A stretch of DNA of 64,000 bases from Eubacteriales bacterium (GTDB lineage Bacteria > Bacillota > Clostridia > Oscillospirales > CAG-272). The translations under genes and the position numbers were made by a program. The stretch is from NCBI GenBank assembly GCA_045633405.1, contig JAZQYD010000058.1:91025-155024 (forward strand), given 5' to 3'. Every line of letters starts with the position of its first letter. Position 1 is the first letter of the stretch. Below, piece after piece: positions 19,515 through 30,900 of this stretch. The notes below the pieces were generated by a model. That model worked only from the letters and a program-made list of their open reading frames with translations, made no database searches and was not told the DNA's origin.

Positions 19515-20087
19515 TTACAGCTTTTCAAGAAGAAGCTTGAGTGCCGCTCCTCTGTGGCTGATGGCGTTCTTCTCATCGTCGGTCATCTGTGCAACGGTTC
19601 GCACCTCCCCGTCGGGGATAAAGAGAGGATCGTATCCAAATCCGCCCGTGCCACGTCTATTCTCCGTGATGGTGCCGTACATATAGCCCTCGGAAGTCAC
19701 AAGGCTGCCGTCGGGGTACGCTATAACCATAGCACAGGTGTAATGAGCACCCTTATCGTCCTTATCCTTAAGCTTCTCGAGAAGGAGTGCATTGTTGGCC
19801 TCATCGTCTCCGTGCTCGCCTGCAAATCTCGCGGAGTATATACCCGGAGCACCGTCAAGTGCGTGTGCACAAATTCCACTGTCATCGGCGAGTGCGGGAC
19901 AGCCCGATATTTCCGCTATCTCACGTGCCTTCTTGGTTGCATTCTCGAGGAAGGTGTTTCCGTCCTCTACGGTCTCGTGGAAAATACCTGCCTCCTTCAT
20001 AGATACTATCTGCTCGAACTTTCCTCCGAGGATAGCCTTTATCTCCTTAATCTTATGCTGATTGTTTGATGCGATTATCAGTCTCAT
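19515..20087 (-). CDS. rdgB: Non-canonical purine NTP pyrophosphatase (XTP/dITP)
   Basis: ASNNQHK, ADDSG, PGIYSAR, GFGYDP and SHRG motifs; start at ATG 20087. Confidence 0.96.
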   Translation of the reverse strand: MRLIIASNNQHKIKEIKAILGGKFEQIVSMKEAGIFHETVEDGNTFLENATKKAREIAEISGCPALADDSGICAHALDGAPGIYSARFAGEHGDDEANNALLLEKLKDKDDKGAHYTCAMVIAYPDGSLVTSEGYMYGTITENRRGTGGFGYDPLFIPDGEVRTVAQMTDDEKNAISHRGAALKLLLEKL

Positions 20088-20126
20088 ATCATACCTCAAT
20101 GTAAACAATAATTGTCATATATACCA

Positions 20127-20158
20127 ACGAAAACGCGACACGGGGTCGCGTTTTCGAA
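20127..20158 (-). terminator. Hairpin after fhs
   Basis: CGAAAACGCGAC-ACGGG-GTCGCGTTTTCG. Confidence 0.6.
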
Positions 20159-20167
20159 TAAAACCTA

Positions 20168-21841
20168 TTAGAAGAGTCCGCTGATTTTTCCATCCTCACC
20201 GACGTCTATACGCTCTGCCGCGGGCACCTTGGGAAGACCGGGCATAGTCATAATATCACCCGTGAGAACAACGATGAAGCCCGCTCCGCGTGACACCTTC
20301 ACGTTCTTGATGGTTACGGTGAAGCCTGTGGGTGCACCGAGCTTCGTCGGATCGTCTGAGAAGGAATACTGTGTCTTAGCAACACAGATAGGCATCTTAT
20401 CGTAGCCGAGAGCCGTAAGTGCGGCTATCTGCTTCTTAGCGGCGGGGAGGACGGATATACCGTCACCGCCGTATATCTTCTTAACAACAGCCTCGATCTT
20501 CTCTTCAATCGAAAGGTCGAGATCATAGGAGAAGGTGAAGTCACCCTTTTCCTCCTCGCAGAGTCTTACAACCTCGCGTGCGAGAGCCTCGCCGCCCTTA
20601 CCGCCCTCTGCCCATACGGTAGAGAGAACAACGTTAACACCGAGCTTCTTACACTCCTCGACGATACATGCGATCTCGTTATCGGTATCGGTGGGGAAAC
20701 GGTTAACTGCAACAACGGAGGGGAGCTTATATACGTTCTTGATATTGGATACGTGGCGAAGAAGGTTAGGCATACCGAGCTTCAGTGCCTCGAGATTCTC
20801 TGCCGCAAGCTCCGTCTTCGGCACGCCTCCGTGCATCTTAAGAGCACGTACGGTAGCAACTACAACCACGCAGGATGGGGTGAGACCTGCCATACGGCAC
20901 TTGATATCAAGGAACTTCTCTGCTCCGAGATCAGCACCGAAGCCCGCCTCCGTGATAGCGTAATCGCTCATCTTCATAGCGGTACGTGTAGCGATAACGG
21001 AGTTACATCCGTGTGCGATATTAGCAAAGGGACCGCCGTGCACGAATGCAGGAGTGCCCTCGAGGGTCTGGACAAGGTTTGGCTTAAGAGCATCCTTAAG
21101 AAGTGCAGTCATAGCACCCTCAGCCTTAAGGTCGCCCGCAGTTACGGGACGCTCATCGTAGGTGTAGCCCACAATGATCTCGGAGAGCCTCTTCTTGAGA
21201 TCGGTGAGCGAGCTTGCAAGACAGAGGACAGCCATGATCTCGGATGCGACGGTTATATCGTATCCGTCCTCTCTCGGAACACCGTTTACCCTGCCTCCGA
21301 GTCCGTCTGTCACAAATCTTAACTGGCGGTCATTCATATCAACGCATCTCTTCCAGGTGATGCGTCTGGGGTCGATATTCAGGGAGTTACCCTGATAGAT
21401 ATGGTTATCGAGCATAGCGGCAAGAAGGTTGTTAGCAGCACCGATAGCATGGAAGTCACCCGTGAAATGAAGGTTGATATCCTCCATGGGGATAACCTGT
21501 GCCCATCCGCCTCCTGCGGCACCGCCCTTGACTCCGAAAACAGGACCGAGCGAGGGCTCACGGAGTGCAACCGAGACACTCTTGCCTATTCTCTTAAGTC
21601 CGTCTGCGAGTCCTATGGTAGTTGTAGTCTTACCCTCTCCGGCAGGAGTGGGGGTTATAGCTGTAACAAGAACGAGCCTGCCATCGGGCTTATCCTTCTT
21701 ATCGGTAAGGAGCGAGAGGTCAAGCTTCGCCTTGTTTCTTCCGTAAAGCTCAACGTATTTTTCTTCTACACCCGCCTCGCTTGCGATCTCAAGAATATGC
21801 CTTGGTGTGACTGACTGTGCTATTTCGATATCGGTTAACAT
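20168..21841 (-). CDS. fhs: Formate--tetrahydrofolate ligase
   Basis: [30 protein letters not shown] and [13 protein letters not shown] motifs. Confidence 0.98.
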   Translation of the reverse strand: MLTDIEIAQSVTPRHILEIASEAGVEEKYVELYGRNKAKLDLSLLTDKKDKPDGRLVLVTAITPTPAGEGKTTTTIGLADGLKRIGKSVSVALREPSLGPVFGVKGGAAGGGWAQVIPMEDINLHFTGDFHAIGAANNLLAAMLDNHIYQGNSLNIDPRRITWKRCVDMNDRQLRFVTDGLGGRVNGVPREDGYDITVASEIMAVLCLASSLTDLKKRLSEIIVGYTYDERPVTAGDLKAEGAMTALLKDALKPNLVQTLEGTPAFVHGGPFANIAHGCNSVIATRTAMKMSDYAITEAGFGADLGAEKFLDIKCRMAGLTPSCVVVVATVRALKMHGGVPKTELAAENLEALKLGMPNLLRHVSNIKNVYKLPSVVAVNRFPTDTDNEIACIVEECKKLGVNVVLSTVWAEGGKGGEALAREVVRLCEEEKGDFTFSYDLDLSIEEKIEAVVKKIYGGDGISVLPAAKKQIAALTALGYDKMPICVAKTQYSFSDDPTKLGAPTGFTVTIKNVKVSRGAGFIVVLTGDIMTMPGLPKVPAAERIDVGEDGKISGLF

Positions 21842-21874
21842 AGATATGCCGCCTTCCTGTGATTTAGTAATTCA

Positions 21875-21903
21875 ATTATACATCAACCCTCGACTCTTGT
21901 CAA
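21875..21903 (-). promoter_or_regulatory. Consensus sigma-A promoter of fhs
   Basis: TTGACA-17-TATAAT on the minus strand. Confidence 0.8.
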
Positions 21904-22015
21904 TTATTTTTCCCTAAAGTATAGGAGTCTTTGTCCGAGTTTTTTCGTTTTTTCAGGACTTTTTTAAAAGAGGGACAAATAGCGGAAAAAGTTTTCTAAA
22001 ACTTGCAAAAAACAC

Positions 22016-22044
22016 TTGACAAATATAATAAAAGGTTATATAAT
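22016..22044 (+). promoter_or_regulatory. Consensus sigma-A promoter of yceD-rpmF
   Basis: TTGACA-17-TATAAT. Confidence 0.8.
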
Positions 22045-22124
22045 ATGGTGTACGGCTTTGGGCATTCGTAGCCTAAACTACGCCAAATTGCCGTTTTACA
22101 CTGTTTTCCGAGGAGGTGCCACGC

Positions 22125-22667
22125 GTGAAGCTCGATCTCAGACCGCTACTCGCAGGAGAGAGACTTTTAACCTTTGACTATGAGCTATCGCTTGACATTG
22201 ACCCCGAGGACACTGCCGGCTTTCTTAGCGGCGTAAGTTTTCCTTCTCCCATGAAGGTGGAGGGTGAGATCACCAACACTGCAGGCTATATGCGAATGAC
22301 TCTTACCATGTCGGTCGACTACCAAACCGTGTGTGCAAGATGCTTAAAGCCTGTGTCGGGAAATTTCTCTCTTGACCTTGAGAAAACCGTAGCTCCGAGA
22401 AAGTTAGTCAGCGATCTTGATGAAGACAGACTTGACGATTATGCGATAATTGACGACGGATTCCTTGATATGGACGAGCAGCTCCGTGAGCAGCTCGAGA
22501 TGGAGTTCCCCGTGAGGTTCCTCTGCAAGGATGACTGTCGCGGCCTGTGTCCGAAGTGCGGACACGATCTTAATACGGGCGACTGTGATTGCGACACGCA
22601 TGATTTCGACCCGAGACTTGAGCCGCTCCGTAAGCTGCTCGAGAAAATGAAAAGTGAAGAAAAATAA
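22125..22667 (+). CDS. yceD: DUF177/YceD family protein
   Basis: CARCL and LCKDDCRGLCPKCG...DPRL motifs; upstream of rpmF; GTG 22125 follows GGAGG. Confidence 0.92.
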   Translation: MKLDLRPLLAGERLLTFDYELSLDIDPEDTAGFLSGVSFPSPMKVEGEITNTAGYMRMTLTMSVDYQTVCARCLKPVSGNFSLDLEKTVAPRKLVSDLDEDRLDDYAIIDDGFLDMDEQLREQLEMEFPVRFLCKDDCRGLCPKCGHDLNTGDCDCDTHDFDPRLEPLRKLLEKMKSEEK

Positions 22668-22721
22668 AATAACATATAGAGAATGCGTGTATCGCATGCT
22701 CACCATAGGAGGTAATCAACA

Positions 22722-22919
22722 ATGGCAGTTCCTAAGAGAAAAGTATCTCATTCGAGAAAGATGAAGAGACGCTCGAGCGTTTGGAAGCTTGAGGCTCCTA
22801 CCAACCTTGTAAAGTGCCCTCAGTGCGGCGAGTACAATCTTGCTTTCCGTGTATGCAAGGCTTGCGGCTACTACAAGGATACTCAGGTTGTTGCTAAGAA
22901 GGACGAGGCTGCTAAGTAA
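22722..22919 (+). CDS. rpmF: 50S ribosomal protein L32
   Basis: MAVPKRKVS...CPQC...VCKACGYY. Confidence 0.98.
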   Translation: MAVPKRKVSHSRKMKRRSSVWKLEAPTNLVKCPQCGEYNLAFRVCKACGYYKDTQVVAKKDEAAK

Positions 22920-22934
22920 TCGGTCTTGAGTCCC

Positions 22935-22973
22935 AAAAAAGGAATCGGTAAAAACCGATTCCTTTTTCTTTTT
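22935..22973 (+). terminator. Terminator after rpmF
   Basis: AAAAAGGAATCGGT-4-ACCGATTCCTTTTT. Confidence 0.8.
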
Positions 22974-23028
22974 ATAAAAATTTCGGAGGCCTACTGAAAA
23001 GAAGGCCTCCTTTGTTTTTAAATGATCC

Positions 23029-24960
23029 TTATCTATAATCGGAGAGCGAGATCACCTTGAAGTCCTCGTTTCCGATTATATAGAAATAACCGTCGATCAG
23101 TGTCGCTCTTGTGAGGTCTATTTTTGCGTTGAGGTACGTCTCATACACTACCTCAAGCTTGCCCCCGTTTTCGGTAAAGAGAGCGTATGCCGTCCTTCTG
23201 CCTTGGATGCCGCTTTTGTTCAGATAAACGGCGAGTCCGAAAAGCTTCTCTTCCCTATTGACGTAATAGGCCTTATAGTCTTTGCTGATGCTACCGTCTA
23301 TCCGGAATTTATCGAGTGATACGACACTTCCGTCAACCTCGGTATATATCTCAATCTTGTTATATTGCCAATCATATTCGCCTACACCGAGCAGAAGATT
23401 ATCTCCGAAATTAATAAGAGAGGACGAGAATCCGTCTATATAACCCGTATCCGTGTACGTAATATTCGTCATATCCGAAAGATCAAAGAAGAAGACGGGA
23501 TCCGAGAACGTCACTACAACAGCCGTGCAAACGTACAGAGTATCCTTATCAAATCTTACGGACAAGACCTCCTCGCCTGCCGGTGCGAAGCACTCCTTCG
23601 CACCTATTATAATACCTGATTCAATGTCGAAGCAGAAGAGGCTCGCTGTGGTCCCTCTCTTATTTGTATCAACAAGCTCGTCGGTAACCGTGAAGCGTGC
23701 GAAATCGCTAACGGTAGTAACTACCCTGAGAGCTCCGTTGTATTCATCGAGACTGTACTGATCAAGCACCTTGCCCGGTACGGAATAGGTCATTCCGATA
23801 GTGAGCTCGCCTTCTTTATAGGCTATTCTCGTGATATCGGTCATATCTCTTTTTTTCATAGATCCGCCTGCGTGTACAGCTTCGTTTTTGCCCATAGTAA
23901 CGTATATCGCATTTTTAGAAACGTATACGGTTTCCGAGTAGGAGAGAAGTGCCGCGGTCGATATAACGGATGAATCCTTCTGATTAAAGGTTGCCACAAC
24001 TGTATATACGTCGTCCGTCACCTTATCGGGAATGACTATATCATCTGCGTCAATACACTCGTATCCGTCACCCGTATCTACCGAGGGGATGAAGCTCTCG
24101 GGATCATCGTAGTCGACCTCATATCTATTCGTAACCGGCGTGAAGGTCGAAAACAGCATAAGCGTACCGTCCACAAGCCTCGAGGAGAGGTAAGATCCCC
24201 TTACCTTCACAATTTTACTCGATACGGAATCCGTATCTATATCCGACAGAGTTATCACGGCGACCTCAGACCTCGACGAGGTGTTGATATAGGGTGCGAT
24301 TACCGTTAAGGTCTTTCCGTCCTTCGAGATATACATCTCACCCTTTTTGTTTGCATACTTGAAATTATCCGGAGTCGGGACGGTTATCCTCTTTACAAGT
24401 GAGGAGTCCTCCCCTGCTATCGAATAAACGTAAACCGTTGAACCGTAGAGATAATAGATATATTTATCCGTCCTCTTGAAAAGATCGCCTTCTATTACTC
24501 CCGCTACCTGATTATCCGTGGTTTCACAGTCACCATTCATCGCTTCGTCCTTTTCGACGCTATCATCCAAGCTACTGTCTAACGAGGGTGATGAAGCGGA
24601 ATTATCCATACTGTCCTTTCCGTCAGACATGGGCGGAGGAGCGGAATTATCCGCATTATCCCTTCCGCCGCCTCCGTAGCCGTAGTTATTCTTCAATTTA
24701 TCACGAAGCGGCTTGTAATAAGCGTCAAGCTTAGCTATAACGCTATAATATTCACTGTCCTTATACTTTTTAATACCTAATCCGGGTATTATGAAATAGG
24801 CGAGCAAGCCCACCACAATGGCAAACGATGCCGCAAGTGCAGTGAGCTTCACAAGGCGGCTGTTCCTTTTTCTTTTCCTGCCGATAACAACGTTTGCTTC
24901 GGCTATATATTTTTCATCAATATCGCTTATTGATGAGAAAAGAGCCTCATTCTTTTTCAT
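23029..24960 (-). CDS. Putative anti-sigma factor with transmembrane helix and extracellular beta-propeller domain
   Basis: N-terminal ISDIDEKYIAEA motif, one TM helix, TDNQVAGVIEGD, QYSLDEYNGALRV, EEVLSVRF and DPVFFFDLSD motifs of the secreted beta-propeller family; overlaps the ECF gene stop. Confidence 0.75.
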   Translation of the reverse strand: MKKNEALFSSISDIDEKYIAEANVVIGRKRKRNSRLVKLTALAASFAIVVGLLAYFIIPGLGIKKYKDSEYYSVIAKLDAYYKPLRDKLKNNYGYGGGGRDNADNSAPPPMSDGKDSMDNSASSPSLDSSLDDSVEKDEAMNGDCETTDNQVAGVIEGDLFKRTDKYIYYLYGSTVYVYSIAGEDSSLVKRITVPTPDNFKYANKKGEMYISKDGKTLTVIAPYINTSSRSEVAVITLSDIDTDSVSSKIVKVRGSYLSSRLVDGTLMLFSTFTPVTNRYEVDYDDPESFIPSVDTGDGYECIDADDIVIPDKVTDDVYTVVATFNQKDSSVISTAALLSYSETVYVSKNAIYVTMGKNEAVHAGGSMKKRDMTDITRIAYKEGELTIGMTYSVPGKVLDQYSLDEYNGALRVVTTVSDFARFTVTDELVDTNKRGTTASLFCFDIESGIIIGAKECFAPAGEEVLSVRFDKDTLYVCTAVVVTFSDPVFFFDLSDMTNITYTDTGYIDGFSSSLINFGDNLLLGVGEYDWQYNKIEIYTEVDGSVVSLDKFRIDGSISKDYKAYYVNREEKLFGLAVYLNKSGIQGRRTAYALFTENGGKLEVVYETYLNAKIDLTRATLIDGYFYIIGNEDFKVISLSDYR

Positions 24961-25517
24961 ATTACTACTCCTTTGTCTTTAAGATGCTCCTTCAGCTTCT
25001 CCCGTGATCTTGAAAGAATGACCTTTACGTTATTCTCCGAGATCTCGAGTGTGCGGGCTATATCGGAAATCGACATTGAATACCAATACCTGCGTACAAA
25101 AATTACACGGGTACGGTAAGGCTGACTCGAAAGAAAGGAATTCAAAGCATCGCGGATCTCGATTCTCTCATCAACCTCACACTCGGAGTCAGGATCCGAG
25201 ACAATCTCCGAGAGCTCGTCTAAGAGAACGTCGGTCAATCCTCCCCCTCGCTTTTCTCTCCTTTTAAAGAGGTATCGATTAACTGAAATGTTTCTGACTA
25301 TTTTACCGATAAACGCACCGAGAAACGTAGGGCGGCTCGGCGGAATTGACTCCCACGCACTAAGATATGCATCGCTTGTGCACTCCTCTGCTTCTCCGAA
25401 GTCGCGAAGAATATTATAGGAGATGCCCGTAAGATATCTATCATACTTATTGCGGGTTTCAACAATAGCGTTCTCGTCTCTTTTGAAATACAGATCTACA
25501 ATCTCTGAATCATTCAT
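24957..25517 (-). CDS. ECF-type RNA polymerase sigma factor
   Basis: MNDSEIVDLYFKRDENAI, AEECTSDAYLSAWESIPP and RVIFVRRYWYSMSISDIA (regions 2 and 4); start at ATG 25517 with RBS GGAGG. Confidence 0.93.
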   Translation of the reverse strand: MNDSEIVDLYFKRDENAIVETRNKYDRYLTGISYNILRDFGEAEECTSDAYLSAWESIPPSRPTFLGAFIGKIVRNISVNRYLFKRREKRGGGLTDVLLDELSEIVSDPDSECEVDERIEIRDALNSFLSSQPYRTRVIFVRRYWYSMSISDIARTLEISENNVKVILSRSREKLKEHLKDKGVVI

Positions 25518-25561
25518 TCGAATCACCTCCTTGCGGAATTTTTGGCGGCCTCCACACATAA

Positions 25562-25589
25562 AGACAAAATTTGGTTTAGAAAGGTTACA
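25562..25589 (-). promoter_or_regulatory. Candidate ECF autoregulatory promoter
   Basis: Minus strand TGTAAC-17-TGTCT resembles the generic ECF AAC...GTC consensus. Confidence 0.5.
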
Positions 25590-25697
25590 CGGTTATCTGA
25601 ATAAAGTATACATTTTTTAAGCTTTTTTGTCAAGTGACCAAAAAACGGTATAAAAAAGGCCTTCTTTATAAAGAAAGCCTTAAGTAAAGCTATTCTG

Positions 25698-26366
25698 TTA
25701 AACTGATAAGAGAATATCCGCTATCGACTCTACCGTAGGAGCGGTGAGAGTGAAGCCCGACGATGCTATCTCCTCATCTGTGCCGTGTCCGTAGAGGACG
25801 CCCATGCTGTCTATACCGCACTTTGCCGCACCCTCGGCATCATAGCATCTGTCACCGACCAGAATACATCTCGAGAGTGCCTCCTTATCCTCCGTATCGA
25901 CACCGACAGACGAGAGACTATATGCGAGGACCTCCCATTTCTGATCCTTCTTGTGCGAGCCCGCACCGCCGATGAAGTCGAAATACTCGGTAAGTCCGAA
26001 GAGCTTCAGCACCTTCTTCGCAGTGTCCTCGGGCTTCGAGGTTGCAAGGATGAGGGTCTTCCCTCCCTCACGGAGTCTTGCGAGAGTCTCGTGTATGCCG
26101 GGATAGGGAGTATTATCCCACCAGCCAAAGATATTATAATATTCTCTGAAGACCTCTATTGCATAATTCGCCTCGTCAGGGGTGAAGCCAAAATCCACCT
26201 GCCACAGATCGAATAGCGACGGGCCTATATATTTAGCAAGAGACTCCTTATCCCCGATCTCGATACCAAGCTTTTTAAAGCAATATACAAAGCCCTCAAT
26301 AAGTCCGGGAGACGGATCTGTGAGAGTGCCGTCAAGGTCGAATGCTATTATGTCGTATTTGCTCAT
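25698..26366 (-). CDS. HAD family hydrolase (phosphoglycolate phosphatase-like)
   Basis: FDLDGTLTD, ATSK and VGDRCYD motifs. Confidence 0.92.
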   Translation of the reverse strand: MSKYDIIAFDLDGTLTDPSPGLIEGFVYCFKKLGIEIGDKESLAKYIGPSLFDLWQVDFGFTPDEANYAIEVFREYYNIFGWWDNTPYPGIHETLARLREGGKTLILATSKPEDTAKKVLKLFGLTEYFDFIGGAGSHKKDQKWEVLAYSLSSVGVDTEDKEALSRCILVGDRCYDAEGAAKCGIDSMGVLYGHGTDEEIASSGFTLTAPTVESIADILLSV

Positions 26367-26387
26367 TTTATACTCCAAATGTAATGT

Positions 26388-27803
26388 TTACTTTACAGTT
26401 TCCAGCTTTATCAGGTTCGTATTACCCGGTCTTCCGTTTATCTGACCGCCCGTAATAACTACGTTGTCGCCCGATTTAAGTCCCCTCAGTGCCTTCGCCT
26501 CGGAGAGTGCTCGGTAAAACAGAACGTCCATAGAGGTGTACTCCTCCGAGAGAAGAGGCGTCACGCCCCAGGAGAGGTTAAGCTTTCTCCACGCTCTCTC
26601 GCTCGTTGTCATGCCTATGATGTCAACGGGACAGCGGAATCGGCTGACCATTCGTGCGGTCTGTCCGCTGACGGACGTTACAACGATGCACTTCGCACCG
26701 ACGTCGACAGCCATAGCACAGGTAGCGTGAGACACTGCGTCAAGGTTGTTTCTCATACGGAACTCGGTAGTTAAGAACCAGGATTTATAATCAATTCCAC
26801 GCTCGGTAAACTCTGCGATCTCAGCCATGGAGCGAACAGCCTCCACGGGGTGCAGTCCTGCGGCGGTCTCACCCGAGAGCATTATGGCACTCGAGCCGTC
26901 GTAAACTGCGTTAGCGACGTCGGATATCTCCGCTCTTGTGGGACGGGGATTTTTTATCATGCTCTCGAGCATCTCGGTCGCAGTGATTACACGCTTACCG
27001 AGAAGACGGCATTTTTTAATGAGGTATTTCTGTATCGTGGGCACCTCTACGAATGGTATCTCGACACCGAGGTCTCCTCTGGCAACCATTACTCCGTCCG
27101 CTACCTCGCATATCTCCTCTATGTTATCAACGCCTGCACGGTTCTCCACCTTGGCAATAATATCGATGTCGCCTCCTCCGTGCTCATCGAGGAATTCACG
27201 GATAGAGCGGATGTCCTCACCCGTCGAGACGAAGGATGCCGCAATGAAGTCGACTCCCTCGGAGATACCGAAGAGAAGATCGAGCTTATCCTGCTCGGAG
27301 AGGAAGGTCTGCTTGAGCACCTTACCGGGGAATGACATGCTCTTTCTGTCGGAGACTTCACCGCCCGATACAACTCTCGTATATATCTCAGTGCCCTCTA
27401 CCCTCTCGACCTCGAATATTACAAGGCCGTTATTGAGGAGTATTCTGTCGCCCTCCCGAAGCTCCTCACCAAGTCTCTTATAGGAAACCGAGACACGTGT
27501 CCCGTCACCGACGATATCCTCGGTGGTGAAGATGAATTTATCGTTATCGTTAAGGGTTATCTTCTTGTTCTCGAAGGTGCCTATACGGTACTCGGGACCC
27601 TTGGTATCAAGCATTATCGCAACGGGGAGGTTAAGGCTCTCTCTTACCTTCTTAATAAGGTCGATCTTCTCCTTATGCTCCTTGTGAGTTCCGTGCGAGA
27701 AATTAAGCCTCGCTACGTTCATTCCCGCCTTGCACATCGCTTCAAGTGTTTTAAGATTGTCGGAGGCAGGACCTATTGTACAAATGATTTTCGTTTTTCT
27801 CAT
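26388..27803 (-). CDS. pyk: Pyruvate kinase
   Basis: MRKTKIICTIGPA, RLNFSHG, MVARGDLG and PTRAE motifs; start at 27803. Confidence 0.98.
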   Translation of the reverse strand: MRKTKIICTIGPASDNLKTLEAMCKAGMNVARLNFSHGTHKEHKEKIDLIKKVRESLNLPVAIMLDTKGPEYRIGTFENKKITLNDNDKFIFTTEDIVGDGTRVSVSYKRLGEELREGDRILLNNGLVIFEVERVEGTEIYTRVVSGGEVSDRKSMSFPGKVLKQTFLSEQDKLDLLFGISEGVDFIAASFVSTGEDIRSIREFLDEHGGGDIDIIAKVENRAGVDNIEEICEVADGVMVARGDLGVEIPFVEVPTIQKYLIKKCRLLGKRVITATEMLESMIKNPRPTRAEISDVANAVYDGSSAIMLSGETAAGLHPVEAVRSMAEIAEFTERGIDYKSWFLTTEFRMRNNLDAVSHATCAMAVDVGAKCIVVTSVSGQTARMVSRFRCPVDIIGMTTSERAWRKLNLSWGVTPLLSEEYTSMDVLFYRALSEAKALRGLKSGDNVVITGGQINGRPGNTNLIKLETVK

Positions 27804-27829
27804 AAAAACGCACCTTCTTTCCGCAGAAT

Positions 27830-27858
27830 ATTTTACCATAGTACGGGTAGTTTGTCAA
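27830..27858 (-). promoter_or_regulatory. sigma-A promoter of pyk
   Basis: TTGACA-17-TAAAAT. Confidence 0.7.
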
Positions 27859-27939
27859 TAAGAGGTATATCTTATTCTTTATTCGAAATTATTAAAAAAA
27901 GAAATCCCCCTGACTTGCAGGGGGAGAGGCTATTGATTT

Positions 27940-30900
27940 TTACTGAGCGTCTCTTATGCTCGCATAGTAAGCCGAAAGATTTGCGATATCAGTCTCTGTA
28001 AGAGCTCTGTCGAAGACAACGAACTCATCGAGATAGCACTCCACGTCACGGGGATAATGACCAACGTCATCATTGATCATAATACCGCAACTCACACCGT
28101 CCTTATAGCCCATAAGGCTTCCGTAATCCTCGATCACGTCGGGTATGTTGAAGGTAACGGGGTTGGAGCCGAGTCCGAGCTGGTTGCCGTCCTGATAGAA
28201 CTTAAGAGTACCGTCGTTTACACCGTACTCGCCTCTGTCGATAACGATGGTGATATTTGTCCATCCGCCGAGAGGAGCGTAGAGGTATACGTATGCATCG
28301 CTCCATACGGTAACCGCACCGCTTGTATCCATAGCACTCGCACGGAATCTGATGATCTGGCAGTATACGTACTCTCCCGCATGCTCGCCCGATGCGTAAG
28401 TTGCGTAACCGTCAGCGTCCGCTACGAGGTCCTCGGCATTCATATAAGAAACCTTCGAGAGATCCGCAAGCTTAACCTTGCTCGGCTTGGAGTAGAGGAA
28501 CACGCTCATACCGGGCATGGTCGACTCGGACTGATAATCGTGAGTTGCGAAGACCGGTCTGTCGCCGTACCTCCACTGAGAGCCCGAGTAATCGTCGAGG
28601 ATCATATCGGTCGCAAGAGAGAGCCAGAAGGAGAAGGTGAGGTTGTTGTATCCGCCGCCCTCCTGCTCCTTGGAAAGAACGAAATCGGAGGAGCTCGCCC
28701 AGTGCTCGGGAGTCGTCTTGGTGTGATCGACGGAGGTGAAGTTGCCTGCCGTGCCGAAGGGGCTGTCTACGTAGTCAACGTCAACGTTATCGAAGGAGGC
28801 ACTCTCAGAGCCCTTATTGATCACGTTGTTGTTGAAATCAAGCTGAAGGGTGGGATCGAAGCCCATAAATTCGGAGATCGTGGGGAGAGGCTCCTTGCCG
28901 TAGTACTCGCCGAATCTCGCCATCTCCTTATTGGTGAAGGCATAGTCGAAGAGCATAAACTCATCGATATACGCATTGAGGTTGTTCCAGTATGCACCCG
29001 AGCCGGAGTCACCGAGGGTGAATACGGAATCTGCTCTGCCGCCGTCAGCCGACCAGGTTGCGGGAACCGCCTTGCCCGTATTCGAGTAGGTCATAACCGC
29101 CGATGCCGCAAGGTCGAAGTTGATATAGAGGGTATAGGTGCTCGTAGCACCTCTGTCAACTATGACAGCGAGGTGGATGAAGCCGAGATCCTCAACGTTT
29201 GAGGGGAGATTTGTAACTACCTTACCGCTGTTAGTACCGTCGCCGAAGTAGAATTCAAGATACTTCGCACCCGTGGTAGAGTTGATACCTACTGCGAAGG
29301 TGATACCCTGAGTCTTACCGAGGCTGACGCTGCCCTCGCCGTGCTGAGTAGAAACGATCGGAATCGTAGAGCCGGAGAGAGAATTTACGTCAAGCCAGAA
29401 TGCGAAGGAGAAGTCCTCAGTGCCGAGCTTAGTCTCGGGAGCCTTAACGAAGGTCTTATCGTTAGCGAAGAGGATAGCCTTACCGAATACGCCCTTGGTG
29501 ATATAATTCTCCGTACCTACGGTATTGACAGGGCTGCCGCCCGCCACGTTGGATACAGAGCCGTCGAAGGGGAGATAAACCGTGGGAGCCTTTGTTACGA
29601 AATTATCTACGTAAGCGTCGGTTCCTGCCTCGGGAGTCTTCGGGAACTCCTTCTGCTCAAAGTAGTCCTTGAGGTTAGCGAGATCGGATACACCGACTGC
29701 CTTTCTGAAGATCATGAACTCATCGACAAGGGGAGAAAGAGTGCCCCAATAATCGCCGTTTCCGTCATTTCCGATAGCCCATACGGTCTCGGACGTGCCG
29801 TCAAGGTCAAGGGTCTCGAAGCCTGCGATGGAGCCGGTAGTGAACGCACCGAAGTCGAAGGATACTCCCCAGGTCTTCGCCGCCTTATCGAGAGTGAACA
29901 TCAGGTATACCCATCCGTCCTTATAATCTGCGGGGATAGCTACCGAGTCGCTGACCGAGCTTGATCCGTTCGAGATAGTGAAGCCGAGAGTATACTTATT
30001 AGTGAAGTAGAGCGAGAAGCCTGCGTTAGAGCCGTTGATCTGCTTCTGAGAAGAGAGGATCGGAATAGTACCTGCATCGAAGGAATCGATGTCTACCCAC
30101 ATACCGACAGAGAAGCTGTCGGAGCCGAGCTTGAGCTCGGGAAGTGTGACGTAATGCTTGTACATTCTGAGATTGAGTGCATCGCCGAAGTAGCCCTTAG
30201 ATGCAAAGGTGGTCATATTCATACCGACAGCGGTGTTCGAGTTGCCCGCCATATTCGCAAGGCTTGTATCGAAGGGAAGATAGTACTCAAGAGAACCGAA
30301 GAGATTCTTATCGTAGTTAGAAAGATGTGTTCCGCTATCGGGTGCGGGAGTGGGGATATTCTCGTGGTAACGGTCGGATACGGGCACGTCGATCTCCTCG
30401 TGCTTGGGAGACTTACCGAAGTACTCAGCGAGAGAATTGATATCGTTAGTATTGAATGCACCCTCGAAGACCATAAACTCATCCACGGTAAGAGGCATCG
30501 TCGTAGGAGCTGAGCCGTTAGGAGTATTACCGATCGTGAGGTGATACTGTGAGGAGTTGATGGATACGCCGTCGAGCTCTGCGGGAAGATCGGTGTAGTA
30601 GACCTCGCCGAAGTCATACGCCATTCCGAGCCTTCTTCCCTCTCTGTCAACGATGAGAGTGAGGTGCATCCAGCCTCTGTTATAATCCTCGGGAAGAGGA
30701 GTTACGAGAGTGTTGTCGGTGCTGCTCGCACCAACGTTCCAGATAGCACTCTCGGGGGAGGAATCCTCGTCAAACATAAGGATGTATCCGTTATCCGCAT
30801 AATTACCGCCCGCCCAGAGCTTGGTAGAAAGAATGGGAGACCTGCGGTAGGTCTTCGGAGTCTTGACCCACATGGAGATAGTGAAGCTGTTAGAGCCGGG

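Noticed and set aside
21842..21903. ZTP or THF riboswitch upstream of fhs
   Set aside because: The consensus promoter is about 35 nt from the start codon; the leader is too short.
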